NCBI GenBank assembly: GCA_003173865.1
Contig: PJMF01000003.1
Location: 1-62,770 of the forward strand
Length of the DNA stretch: 62,770 nucleotides
Direction: 5' to 3'
Source of the DNA: Minisyncoccota bacterium
Lineage (GTDB): Bacteria > Patescibacteriota > Microgenomatia > UBA1400 > PJMF01
In this document: positions 17,504 to 28,507 of the stretch, piece by piece
Numbering within the stretch: the first letter of the stretch is position 1
Layout: the number at the start of each line of letters is the position of its first letter
Translations under genes and position numbers: made by a program
The notes under the pieces: generated by a model
Seen by the model: the letters and a program-made list of their open reading frames with translations, nothing else
The model's database searches: none
Told to the model about the DNA's origin: nothing

Positions 17504-18004
17504 TTACTTAATAAACTTGGCCATCGCTTCCGCAACTTCTTTTTCGGCTTCGGCTCGGCCAACAAATTTATTAATTTTGACCCATTTATCTTTTTCGAGA
17601 TCTTTGTAGTGCTCGAAGAAGTGTTTGAGTTTGTCCAAACGCCATTGAGGGACGTCTGTAAGATCTTGCCAGCCGCCACACTGGATATCTTGTTTGGTTT
17701 TTTCGGGAACGCAGAGAATTTTGTGATCGACGCCTTCTTCGTCTTCCATCTCGAGCATGCCGATGACGCGAGCTTTAATCCAAGTGCCTGGAGCAACTGG
17801 CTGAGAAGTCATGACGAGTGCGTCGAGGAGGTCGCCATCTTTGCCTTTGGCGCCTTCGATCGAGCCGTAGTTCTCGGGATAGAACATCGGTGTTGGTACA
17901 AATCGATCGACGTAAATACGGCCGGTTTCTTCATCTTGCTCATACTTGATGTTTGAGCCGGCTGGAATTTCGATCAGTATATGTAATGTTTTCATGTCGG
18001 ACAT
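17504..18004 (-). CDS. ppa: inorganic pyrophosphatase (family I)
   Basis: 166 aa. EIPAGSNIKYEQDEETGRIYVDRF...YPENYGSI...DGDLLDALV is the classic Ppa pattern. Confidence 0.95.
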   Translation of the reverse strand: MSDMKTLHILIEIPAGSNIKYEQDEETGRIYVDRFVPTPMFYPENYGSIEGAKGKDGDLLDALVMTSQPVAPGTWIKARVIGMLEMEDEEGVDHKILCVPEKTKQDIQCGGWQDLTDVPQWRLDKLKHFFEHYKDLEKDKWVKINKFVGRAEAEKEVAEAMAKFIK

Positions 18005-18021
18005 AGGTGCTCCTTTTAATT

Positions 18022-20049
<2,028 letters not shown>

Positions 20050-20348
20050 TTACCTTTATACCTGGTTTTGTTCGGAATGTCCAGCGTTACTGACTTACTC
20101 CCACAGATCTGTAGATGGGTTATTTTTTATAAAATTTCTGATCATTGGTTAGATTTTTCAGCGCCGAGTTCTGCGGTAATTGTTTCTTTATAAAATTTTT
20201 GTTCTTCTTTATCCATTTCTTTCATGATTATGAGCCCTGTAACCGTACCTTAGTGCTATTTGTAAGGATTTCTGCTTCTTTATCAGTGAGTGTATCAAAT
20301 ATACACAAAATAATGCTTTTCGTTAACCTCTTTTTTGTTAGTATTTTA

Positions 20349-20515
20349 AAGTTGCGTAAATGTTGCTAAGAAATCATTTAAATTTGCAACTTTTAGACGA
20401 CTTTTGGATAAGTAGGCATAAAGCCTCCACAAAGTTGCAAGAAAATAGTATGTATAGCTTATTTTCGAGCAAGTCTAGGATATGAACAAAAAGAGGTGTG
20501 CTACTTCTCCAGGCG
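20349..20515 (+). repeat. intergenic repeat family, copy B (about 167 bp)
   Basis: An ungapped hand alignment of the first 87 nt to copy C gives about 65 matches. The last 15 bp (CTACTTCTCCAGGCG) form the stop codon and the last four codons of the holB-like gene on the opposite strand. Confidence 0.7.
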
Positions 20516-21148
20516 AAACAAAAGATCTTCCAGCACTAATCGCACATTGACATTTTTGGCAATGTATTCTCTTGCCGTTATTACTCTTTGTAGCAGTAAA
20601 GTTTGAGAAAACGTTGGCGTTTTTTGATTTTTCAGATGAAGTTCGTGCACAACATGCTCTAAGAACTGCAGTGCGGCCTCTCGCTCTTTATATTTTTCAG
20701 ACAGAGAAATAGTTTGAGCTGGAGTTTTGACAGAGAGAAATTCATCGAGAGAAGTGTGAGACTCCGCGAGTATTTTTTCTTCAATCGTACGAATCAAACA
20801 ACGAGACTGAATGGTAGGCAACACACTGCTCAGATGTGCAGTGGTGAGGATCACTTGCGCACTGGCGGGCGGTTCCTCCAGTAACTTCAGCAGGGCGTTT
20901 TGGGCCGCGAGCGACGCTTTGTCGATATGAAGCACTACAAAAACACTCACTTTATCTTGATAGGGTTTCAACAAGATGTCTTGAGCAAGTTGACGGACGT
21001 CTTCAATCTTTAAACTTTCTTCATCACTATTTAATACATGAAAATCAGGTGAGTGCACATTAAGTGAAAAAAAAGCGGCGACTTGCTCAACGTGATTACT
21101 CAGCGAAGCAAAAGCAAATAATAGCGAAGTATTAGAAGTATTATCCAT
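20501..21148 (-). CDS. holB: DNA polymerase III delta-prime-like clamp-loader subunit (short, no Walker A)
   Basis: 215 aa with the motif NALLKLLEEPPASAQVILTTAHLSSVLPTIQSRC, typical of HolB/DnaX box VII and SRC. I see no GxxGxGK P-loop in the N-terminal region. Confidence 0.7.
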   Translation of the reverse strand: MDNTSNTSLLFAFASLSNHVEQVAAFFSLNVHSPDFHVLNSDEESLKIEDVRQLAQDILLKPYQDKVSVFVVLHIDKASLAAQNALLKLLEEPPASAQVILTTAHLSSVLPTIQSRCLIRTIEEKILAESHTSLDEFLSVKTPAQTISLSEKYKEREAALQFLEHVVHELHLKNQKTPTFSQTLLLQRVITAREYIAKNVNVRLVLEDLLFRLEK

Positions 21149-21197
21149 AAATATAATATCCCCATGCCGATTGAATTATACCCGCCCATTCTGCATA

Positions 21198-22946
21198 ATG
21201 GTTCTCATGACTGACTCTGCCCAGCCAACTTCGTTATTGGATATTCTTATTGCTCAAGGGCACTTGAGTCGTGATCAAGCTGACTTGATTACTGTTGAGC
21301 AAGCGAATACCGGCAAAAATATCGAGACGTTGCTGGTCGAAGGTCAACTTGTTTCCGAAGAAGCGCTGACTCAGGCGCGCGCCACTCTCTACAACATTCC
21401 ATTTATCAAAGTCAGTGAAATTGGCGTCTCCCCAGAAGCACTCAGTCAAGTACCCGAAAGTGTGGCACGCCGTTACCGTCTCCTTCCTTTTTCCATCAAT
21501 AAATCTGAACACAAACTTGCAGTCGCGATGGATAATCCGCTTGACCTCTCTGCCATCGACTTTGTCGAGAAAAAGACGGGATATCATCTCGAGATTTACT
21601 ATGCAGTACCTTCAGAACTGGAACGCACGCTCGCAGAGCGCTACTCACAAAATTTATCGAACGAAGTAACCGAAGCGCTCAATGAAACCAAACAAGAAAA
21701 TGGTCGGAATATTGAAAATCTGGCGGCTCTCTCGAAGGAAGTGGTTCGCGAAGCACCCATTACAAAAATTGTAGAAACGATCTTGGGGTACGCAATTAAG
21801 GGTCGCGCCTCAGATATTCACATCGAGCCGCAAGAAGATCGCACGCGCGTTCGCTACCGCATTGATGGTATTTTGACAGAAAAATTGATTTTGCCGCGTA
21901 CAGTACACGAGGCTGTACTGTCGCGTATCAAAATTTTAGCCGAGTTAAAAATTGATGAAAAACGCTTGCCCCAAGATGGACGCTTTACGTTTACGGCTGA
22001 TGGCCAAGAAGTTGATTTGCGTGTTTCTACTCTGCCCACGATTCATGGCGAAAAAGTAGTAATGCGTTTGTTGAAAAAATCGTTAGCGGTGCCTACTCTT
22101 GCAGAACTTGGTTTACGCGGAAAAGCGCTTCGAGATGTTGAAGAATCAATTAAAATTCCGCATGGCATTATTCTTATCACTGGTCCCACGGGTTCTGGAA
22201 AAACGACGACCCTCTACTCGATTCTCCACATTATCAACACGCCGAAAGTCAACATCTCGACACTCGAAGATCCGGTTGAGTATCAAATTCAAGGTGTCAA
22301 TCAAGTGCAGATTAATCCCCAAATTGGTTTGACGTTTGCTTCTGGGTTGCGCTCTTTCCTACGCCAGGATCCGAACGTAATCATGGTTGGAGAAATTCGT
22401 GATAGCGAGACCGCTGACTTGGCAATTCAAGCGTCACTGACTGGACACTTGGTTTTCTCAACGCTGCACACGAACTCAGCCGCAGGCGCAATTCCGCGTT
22501 TGCTCGATATGGGTGCAGAGCCGTTTCTTTTAGCATCTACCATTACGATGTCGATGGCACAGCGTGTTCTCAGATGTATTAATCCAGCATATAAGGAAGA
22601 ATATAAGCCTGAGCAAGTGGTGATTGATGACATTAAAAAAGTGTTGGGTCCGCTCTTTACTAGTTGGTGTACGCAAAATAAAAAAGATCCAAACTCAATT
22701 ATGCTGAGTCGGCCGAAGGCCGACAGACCCACAGATGAACCGGAGTACAAAGGTCGAATTGCCATTTTCGAGGTGATGAAAGTGAGTGATTCAATAGCTA
22801 AAATGATTTTGGAACGCAAGTCTGACGCTGATATCGAAGCGCAAGCGCTTTCCACAGGGATGCTGTTAATGAAACAAGATGGATATCTCAAAGCTTTAGA
22901 AGGATTGACCACGATTGAAGAAGTTTTACGTGTGGCTGAAGTATAG
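21198..22946 (+). CDS. pilB: type IV pilus assembly ATPase PilB (GspE family)
   Basis: The track ORF starts at TTG 21171; the first ATGs are at 21198 and 21207. It has an N-terminal T2SSE_N-like domain, Walker A GPTGSGKTT, an Asp box and the His box TGHLVFSTLHTN. Confidence 0.9.
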   Translation: MVLMTDSAQPTSLLDILIAQGHLSRDQADLITVEQANTGKNIETLLVEGQLVSEEALTQARATLYNIPFIKVSEIGVSPEALSQVPESVARRYRLLPFSINKSEHKLAVAMDNPLDLSAIDFVEKKTGYHLEIYYAVPSELERTLAERYSQNLSNEVTEALNETKQENGRNIENLAALSKEVVREAPITKIVETILGYAIKGRASDIHIEPQEDRTRVRYRIDGILTEKLILPRTVHEAVLSRIKILAELKIDEKRLPQDGRFTFTADGQEVDLRVSTLPTIHGEKVVMRLLKKSLAVPTLAELGLRGKALRDVEESIKIPHGIILITGPTGSGKTTTLYSILHIINTPKVNISTLEDPVEYQIQGVNQVQINPQIGLTFASGLRSFLRQDPNVIMVGEIRDSETADLAIQASLTGHLVFSTLHTNSAAGAIPRLLDMGAEPFLLASTITMSMAQRVLRCINPAYKEEYKPEQVVIDDIKKVLGPLFTSWCTQNKKDPNSIMLSRPKADRPTDEPEYKGRIAIFEVMKVSDSIAKMILERKSDADIEAQALSTGMLLMKQDGYLKALEGLTTIEEVLRVAEV

Positions 22947-22984
22947 AAGTATTAGTTTTAGAAGTGTAAAGGCGAAAAAGTATT

Positions 22985-24055
22985 ATGACAATTCAAGATC
23001 TTTTACAGTACGTGATCGACAAAAACGGTTCAGACCTGCACTTGATTGCAGGAAGTTTCCCAATGATTCGCGTGGATGAACAGCTTTTTCCAGTCGAGGA
23101 TACAAAGGTGCTGATTACTACTGAGTTGGAGGAGCTGATTTTTCCGCTTTTAACTCAAGAGCAAAAAGATTACTTACTGGTGAATAAAGAAACGGATTTT
23201 GGGTACCAACTCAAAGACTTAGGACGTTTTCGTGTCAATGTGTACTACCAAAGAGGTTCACTGGCTGCAGCGCTGCGTTTGATTCCACTGAAAATTCACA
23301 CAATCGATGAGTTGCATTTACCGCCCATTTTTCATCAATTTGCTCAGTATCGACAAGGACTGATTTTACTAACTGGTCCAACAGGTGAAGGGAAATCATC
23401 ATCGATTGCGGCTATTTTAGACGAAATTAATTACACGCAGTCCAAACACATTGTGACGATTGAGGATCCAGTTGAGTTTATGTATACACCGCAAAAAAGT
23501 TTAATTTCCCAGCGCGAGTTGCAGTTAGACACGCATTCTTGGTCAATTGCGTTGCGCTCGGTCCTTCGTGAAGATCCAGATGTGGTGTTGATTGGTGAGA
23601 TGCGCGATTTCGAAACTATTTCTGCCGCGATGACGATTGCGGAGACAGGACACTTGGTTTTTGCGTCACTGCATACGAACTCGGCAGCACAGACTGTTGA
23701 CCGTATTATTGACGTCTTTCCGGAAGCACAACAAGGCCAAATTCGTCAACAGTTAGCGCAAGTGCTACAAGTCATCGTCGCCCAGCGCTTAATTCCTGCA
23801 ACTGGTGGAGGACGTGTTCCCGCTGTCGAGGTGCTCGTGGCGAACTCTGCAGTGCGCAACTTAATTCGCGAACAAAAAGCGTTTCAACTGGATAACGTTA
23901 TCCAAACAGCAGGTGAAGAAAACATGATTACCATCGAATCAAGCTTACTGACCTGGGCGAATCGTGGGATTATTACATTCGAAAAAGCGCGCGAGTATGC
24001 ATTTCGTCCGCAAGAGTTCGATCGTTTAGCGTCGGGCAGTGGAGCGCGCGCGTAA
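22985..24055 (+). CDS. pilT: twitching-motility retraction ATPase PilT
   Basis: 356 aa with GSDLHL, Walker A GPTGEGKS and TGHLVFASLHTNSAAQTVDRIIDVFP, which is a PilT-type architecture. Confidence 0.9.
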   Translation: MTIQDLLQYVIDKNGSDLHLIAGSFPMIRVDEQLFPVEDTKVLITTELEELIFPLLTQEQKDYLLVNKETDFGYQLKDLGRFRVNVYYQRGSLAAALRLIPLKIHTIDELHLPPIFHQFAQYRQGLILLTGPTGEGKSSSIAAILDEINYTQSKHIVTIEDPVEFMYTPQKSLISQRELQLDTHSWSIALRSVLREDPDVVLIGEMRDFETISAAMTIAETGHLVFASLHTNSAAQTVDRIIDVFPEAQQGQIRQQLAQVLQVIVAQRLIPATGGGRVPAVEVLVANSAVRNLIREQKAFQLDNVIQTAGEENMITIESSLLTWANRGIITFEKAREYAFRPQEFDRLASGSGARA

Positions 24056-24072
24056 CTTTGAATAGGTAGAAT

Positions 24073-25275
24073 ATGCCCTTTTTTGCATATAAAGCGAAAT
24101 CAGCGACTGGTGAAAACATTAAAGGCAAGGTTGAGGCCCAAAACCAAACACAGGCGGCTAGTATTTTGCGGGAAAAGTCTCTGCTCGTTGTCTCGTTGGT
24201 CCCCGTTAGCGAGGAGTCATTTACTTTTTTTCATGACTTTCTTTTTGGAATTAAACAAGATGAAATTGTCAACTTTACCCGTCAACTCTCGACGATGATT
24301 ACGGCAGGTATGAGTTTAATTGGTGCGCTCGATATCTTGCGACAAGACAGTAAACCGGAAATGGGTAAAGTCATTACTGAACTTATTGAAGAAATTGAAG
24401 GTGGTGGAACGTTGGCAAAAGCAATCGAGAAACAGGGCAAAATTTTTCCGCTGGTGTACGCGCAACTCGTGCATGCAGGTGAAACTGCCGGTGTGTTGGA
24501 AGAAGTGCTCGCTCGTTTGGCGGACACGTTGGAAAAACAAAAAGAATTTCGTTCAAAAACTAAAGGTGCGCTTATTTATCCGACGATTGTGTTGTTAACG
24601 ATGCTCGGGGTGGGTATGTTAATGATTATTTTTGTGATACCCAAATTAACATTGATGTATCGAGATCTTAACGTGCAGTTACCGCTCTCTACATTAATTT
24701 TAATTGGTTTGTCATCATTTATGACCAAGTTTTGGTGGGTGGTGCTCTTAGCTGGCGTGGGGGCAGTGGCGGGTTTCCGGGCCTTTGTGAAAACCACCTG
24801 GGGTCGTTTAATGTTTGATTCTTTTTTGTTGAGAATTCCAGTCATGGGTGACTTGCGGAAAAAAGTAATTTTAACTGAGTTTTGCCGCACACTTGGTTTA
24901 TTGTTGGGTTCTGGCGTGTCGTTACTGCAAGCAATTGAGATCGTGGGCAAATCTACGGATAACGTGGTGTATCGTGATGTGATTGAGGAAGCAGGAAAAC
25001 AAGTCGAGAAAGGAATTCCGATTTCGCGCACAATTATTAAGCATAAAATTTTCCCTCCCCTCTTAGGTCAGATGATGATTGTGGGTGAAGAAACTGGAAA
25101 GTTGCATGAAGTGTTGATGAAGTTGTCAAGTTATTTTGATGCTGAGAGTGAGCAAGCTGTCAAAAACTTAACCGCAGCTTTTGAGCCGTTAATTATGATT
25201 GTGCTGGGTCTTGGTGTTGGTGCGTTAGTCATGGCGATCTTGATGCCAATTTATAACTTAACCAGTTCGTTCTAG
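24073..25275 (+). CDS. pilC: type IV pilus platform protein PilC (GspF family)
   Basis: 400 aa with two GspF-type repeats (FTRQLSTMITAGMSLIGAL... and FCRTLGLLLGSGVSLLQAI...) and 3 TM helices. Confidence 0.9.
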   Translation: MPFFAYKAKSATGENIKGKVEAQNQTQAASILREKSLLVVSLVPVSEESFTFFHDFLFGIKQDEIVNFTRQLSTMITAGMSLIGALDILRQDSKPEMGKVITELIEEIEGGGTLAKAIEKQGKIFPLVYAQLVHAGETAGVLEEVLARLADTLEKQKEFRSKTKGALIYPTIVLLTMLGVGMLMIIFVIPKLTLMYRDLNVQLPLSTLILIGLSSFMTKFWWVVLLAGVGAVAGFRAFVKTTWGRLMFDSFLLRIPVMGDLRKKVILTEFCRTLGLLLGSGVSLLQAIEIVGKSTDNVVYRDVIEEAGKQVEKGIPISRTIIKHKIFPPLLGQMMIVGEETGKLHEVLMKLSSYFDAESEQAVKNLTAAFEPLIMIVLGLGVGALVMAILMPIYNLTSSF

Positions 25276-25307
25276 TCGCTGCTCGGCCGGACATATATAC
25301 TACAAAA

Positions 25308-26120
25308 ATGTGGGTGACACTCCTCCTCATCTCGCTTTTTCTTTTTGCATTTGGTGCGATGATCGGCAGCTTTTTGAATGTCGTAATATATCGCTCCGTT
25401 AAGGGAGAGTCATGGGTTGCGGGTCGCTCGAAATGTGAACACTGTAACAAGCAAATTCGCTGGTATGACAACGTTCCTCTCCTCTCTTTTATGTTGCTCA
25501 AAGGAAAGTGTCGGTGGTGCAAAACGCCGATTTCAATTACGCATCCGGTTGTAGAGTTTTTAACTGGCACTCTCTTGGTGTGGTGGTACCTGGGTGGGAC
25601 ATTTTTTTTCCGCCTGACGCAGCAACCCTTTCACTATGTGCAACCCCTTTTTTGGTTGATTGTTGGTTTTTTACTCGTTTTTATTTTTGTCGCCGATACA
25701 CTGTACATGATAATTCCTGATGAAGCAGTTGGTGTGTTGCTTTTCTTGACCTTACTCTACCGAATTAGTCTCTCCCTCTCGGGAGTGATGCAACCGTTGG
25801 ACTTTGTGAAAACAATTCTCGGTGCGATGATATGTGGGGGCTTTTTTTTCTTTTTGTGGTGGATTACCAAAGGCAAAGGGATGGGTCTTGGTGACGTGAA
25901 GTTTGCAGTGCCTTTTGCCCTCTTACTTGGGTGGCCGAACTTTATCATCGGGGTGTTTGTTTCGTTTTTGCTAGGTGCTGGAGTGGCGGTGGTGCTTTTA
26001 CTTTTGAAAAAAAAGAAGATGAAACAAGTCATTCCATTTGGGCCTTTTTTAGTAATGGGTTTAGTGCTGACTTTAGTGTGGGGAAGTAACATGCTACACT
26101 GGTACCTACAGTATTTGTAG
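25308..26120 (+). CDS. pilD: prepilin peptidase / N-methyltransferase PilD (peptidase A24)
   Basis: 270 aa with the cytoplasmic CxxC...CxxC box (CEHCNKQIRWYDNVPLLSFMLLKGKCRWC). It is polytopic and carries the GLGDVKF catalytic Asp motif. Confidence 0.9.
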   Translation: MWVTLLLISLFLFAFGAMIGSFLNVVIYRSVKGESWVAGRSKCEHCNKQIRWYDNVPLLSFMLLKGKCRWCKTPISITHPVVEFLTGTLLVWWYLGGTFFFRLTQQPFHYVQPLFWLIVGFLLVFIFVADTLYMIIPDEAVGVLLFLTLLYRISLSLSGVMQPLDFVKTILGAMICGGFFFFLWWITKGKGMGLGDVKFAVPFALLLGWPNFIIGVFVSFLLGAGVAVVLLLLKKKKMKQVIPFGPFLVMGLVLTLVWGSNMLHWYLQYL

Positions 26121-26125
26121 GTCGT

Positions 26126-27037
26126 ATGCGCATTCTTGGCATTTCATTTATTTCGCTCATTGTCTTAGCACTCTTGGCTGTGACAGTATGGTTTTCGACC
26201 CGTGAGGTGCTCACTTTTTTGGCAGCACAAGAAGTCAAAGATTCACTCAATCAATTGGTCAGCTTATCAAGAACAACCAGTAACTACACCACGGAGTGTA
26301 AACAAAAAGGTGTCCCTCAAGGTACGGTGCCGATTGAAAAACTCCAGCTGCGTTTTACGAGTGCAACGGAGTATGTCACTGAAGCACTGTGTAGTGGTTT
26401 TCCCCTGGAGCCGGTTCAAATTAGCCAAAAAACACTGCCAATGTTCGTTAAAAAAATATCGGGTAGCTCGGGAGTGATTTTAGGTGATCAAGCGAGTTAT
26501 GTGCTTTTTGATGTGCTTGGTCGCAAAAGTTCGATCGGAATTGAAAAGCAAGCAATTTTTACGAGTTTATATCGGCCAGTCGTGAACATGGGAATAAGTC
26601 CAGTCAGTACGTGTGAAGGATATGGCTATCAATGTTGTGAGGCTGAGACGCAGCAACCAGCTGGACAAAAAAATGAACAAGTGACAGATTGTCCACGCAC
26701 GTGTGCAGAGCGTTGCGTGGATTTACCAGTCGTTCTTTCTTTTGCGAGCGACCCATTTGTTGATCCACAAAGCCGGAGTGTGGCGATTCAGTCTGATGAC
26801 TCGGTGACGTTTTCATACGTGGTGGCACCTGGACAAGAAAAAAAATTGAGTGTCTTGCTTGAGTATGGTGATGGTACTCAAGATAAGTTTACGACGACGA
26901 CGGCGCAGTCATCACATGTCTATTCATGTAAGACGAAGAGTTGCGCGTACAAAGCTCGGGTGTCTGTAGTGGATGCCCAAGGTCTGAAAAGCGTGGATAC
27001 AGCAATCACAACGTTAAGTGTTTTGGTTAATCAATGA
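26126..27037 (+). CDS. membrane-anchored extracellular protein with a Cys-rich segment and a C-terminal PKD-like domain
   Basis: 303 aa with an N-terminal TM helix. It has a Cys cluster (CEGYGYQCCEAE...CPRTCAERC). The C-terminus LLEYGDGTQDKFTT...SHVYSC...YKARVSVVDAQGLKS follows the PKD pattern (DFGDG...H.Y...Y.V.L.V.D..G). Confidence 0.55.
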   Translation: MRILGISFISLIVLALLAVTVWFSTREVLTFLAAQEVKDSLNQLVSLSRTTSNYTTECKQKGVPQGTVPIEKLQLRFTSATEYVTEALCSGFPLEPVQISQKTLPMFVKKISGSSGVILGDQASYVLFDVLGRKSSIGIEKQAIFTSLYRPVVNMGISPVSTCEGYGYQCCEAETQQPAGQKNEQVTDCPRTCAERCVDLPVVLSFASDPFVDPQSRSVAIQSDDSVTFSYVVAPGQEKKLSVLLEYGDGTQDKFTTTTAQSSHVYSCKTKSCAYKARVSVVDAQGLKSVDTAITTLSVLVNQ

Positions 27038-27073
27038 ATAGACAATTGAAAAAAAATTCTTTACACTCATACT

Positions 27074-27544
27074 ATGAATTTTGTCTCAGCTGTTTCTCAG
27101 CCAGAAACACGTAAAGGATTCACTCTTATTGAGGTAATGGTAGTTATTGCGATTATTGCGGTCTTGATGTCAGGTGGTGTGCTTGCGTTTGTGAATGCGC
27201 AAAAAAATAGTCGCGATGCGCGAAGAATCAGGGACATCCGTGCAATTTCACAAGCATTAGAGCAGTACCGTAATACGAACGGTACCTACCCAACCGCAGC
27301 TACTTCAATTAATAACTCGACGTATTTTGGTTCAGGCACAACCCCGACAGATCCAACGGCAACGAAGTCATACACGATTGCCCTCGATGCTACGAATGGA
27401 ACTGGCTACTGTGTCTGTGCCATGTATGACGTGCTCGGTAAAGGCAATTCCACGACATTACCCTCAGGTGCAGTGTTTGCATGTACGTTCGCAACTCCAG
27501 GTGCAGGTGTGCAAGGGTACCAATGCATTCAAAATCAACAATGA
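27074..27544 (+). CDS. type IV pilin (prepilin-type N-terminal domain), tandem copy 1
   Basis: 156 aa with a class III signal ...RKG|FTLIEVMVVIAIIAVL (Glu at +5). I see no obvious Shine-Dalgarno sequence upstream. Confidence 0.85.
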   Translation: MNFVSAVSQPETRKGFTLIEVMVVIAIIAVLMSGGVLAFVNAQKNSRDARRIRDIRAISQALEQYRNTNGTYPTAATSINNSTYFGSGTTPTDPTATKSYTIALDATNGTGYCVCAMYDVLGKGNSTTLPSGAVFACTFATPGAGVQGYQCIQNQQ

Positions 27545-27641
27545 AATGAATGGTTCTAGACAGCTAAAAAAAAATTCTTTATAACTAATATATCAACTAA
27601 AAATAGGTGCAATTGAATAAAAGGCACACGAAGAGGAGAAT

Positions 27642-28103
27642 ATGAATTTTCTTTCAAAGAGAAACTCTCAAAAGGGTTTTACACTCATTGAGTTAATGGT
27701 GGTTATCGCCATTATCGCTGTCTTAATGGCTGGTGGTGTGCTTGCATTCGTCAATGCACAGAAAAATAGTCGCGATGCTCGCCGTGTTGAAGATGTCCGT
27801 GCAATTTCGCAAGCGCTTGAGCAGTATCGCAATACAAATGGTACGTATCCAACAGCCACAACCTCAATTAACAACTCAACCTACTTTGCTTCTGGAACCA
27901 TGCCAGCAGATCCAACAGCAACCAAGGCATATACAGTTGCACTCGACACCACCAATGGAACAGGTTACTGTGTTTGTGCTGCATATGACACACTCGGAAA
28001 AGGTAATTCCACGACATTACCCTCAGGTGCAGCGTTTGCATGTACATTTGCCACACCAGGAGCAGGTGTACAAGGGTACCAATGCGTTCAAAATCAACAG
28101 TAA
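27642..28103 (+). CDS. type IV pilin, tandem copy 2 (likely major pilin)
   Basis: 153 aa with ...QKG|FTLIELMVVIAIIAVL and a good RBS (GAGGAGAAT before the ATG). I count about 16 substitutions versus copy 1 over 141 mature residues. Confidence 0.9.
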   Translation: MNFLSKRNSQKGFTLIELMVVIAIIAVLMAGGVLAFVNAQKNSRDARRVEDVRAISQALEQYRNTNGTYPTATTSINNSTYFASGTMPADPTATKAYTVALDTTNGTGYCVCAAYDTLGKGNSTTLPSGAAFACTFATPGAGVQGYQCVQNQQ

Positions 28104-28492
28104 GTGGTTTTACCCTTATTGAGTTAATTGTAGTTGTTTCAATTATCGCAGTCCTGTCTGTCGTTGGTCTACTGAGTTTCACTCAAGCGTCAATCTCAGG
28201 CAGGAACAGCAAACGCAAGGCAGATCTCCAGCAACTGAGTACTGCCTTGGTTTTGTATAAGGGGGATAATAATGTGTATCCCCCAACGTATCCTTCTGGA
28301 TACACGAATAACACACAAGAGTATCCGCCAATGACTACACTTCTTCCCTATCTGAATTCAGTTTCGAACACAGTAGTTGATCCTAAAAATGCGGCGCCGT
28401 ATCTCTACTACTATCAAACGGATACAAAGACATTTACTCTGTGTGCAAACTTAGAACCACAAGCGACATCATATTGTGTACAAAATCCGTAA
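28082..28492 (+). CDS. type IV pilin-like protein 3
   Basis: I trimmed the track ORF 28040..28492 to the ATG at 28082, giving MRSKSTVSG|FTLIELIVVVSIIAVL. The leader is encoded in an alternative frame of the last 22 nt of pilin copy 2. Confidence 0.75.
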   Translation: MRSKSTVSGFTLIELIVVVSIIAVLSVVGLLSFTQASISGRNSKRKADLQQLSTALVLYKGDNNVYPPTYPSGYTNNTQEYPPMTTLLPYLNSVSNTVVDPKNAAPYLYYYQTDTKTFTLCANLEPQATSYCVQNP

Positions 28493-28507
28493 AGGTGTGC
28501 ACCGAAA

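Noticed and set aside
17479-17796. N-terminal 106 codons of track ORF 17107..17796
   Set aside because: This part overlaps the 3' end of ppa in another frame and is Lys/Ser-rich nonsense. The four-helix-bundle homology begins right after the internal ATG at 17478.
20142-20369. Track ORF 20145-20369 (+) and two tandem mini-ORFs on the minus strand upstream of gyrB (27 aa each: ...DTLTDKEAEILTNSTKVRLQGS and MKEMDKEEQKFYKETITAELGAEKSNQ)
   Set aside because: The plus-strand ORF is Phe-rich AT-run translation. The minus-strand mini-ORFs are in different frames, have weak or no RBS and lack homology I can recognise. They may be a frameshifted relic, but this is unsupported.
27327-28182. Alternative-frame and antisense ORFs within the pilin genes (27327-27584, 27668-27874, 27733-28122, 27868-28182)
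   Set aside because: They are shadow frames of the clearly coding pilin ORFs. Only the 28082 start (third pilin leader) is meaningful.
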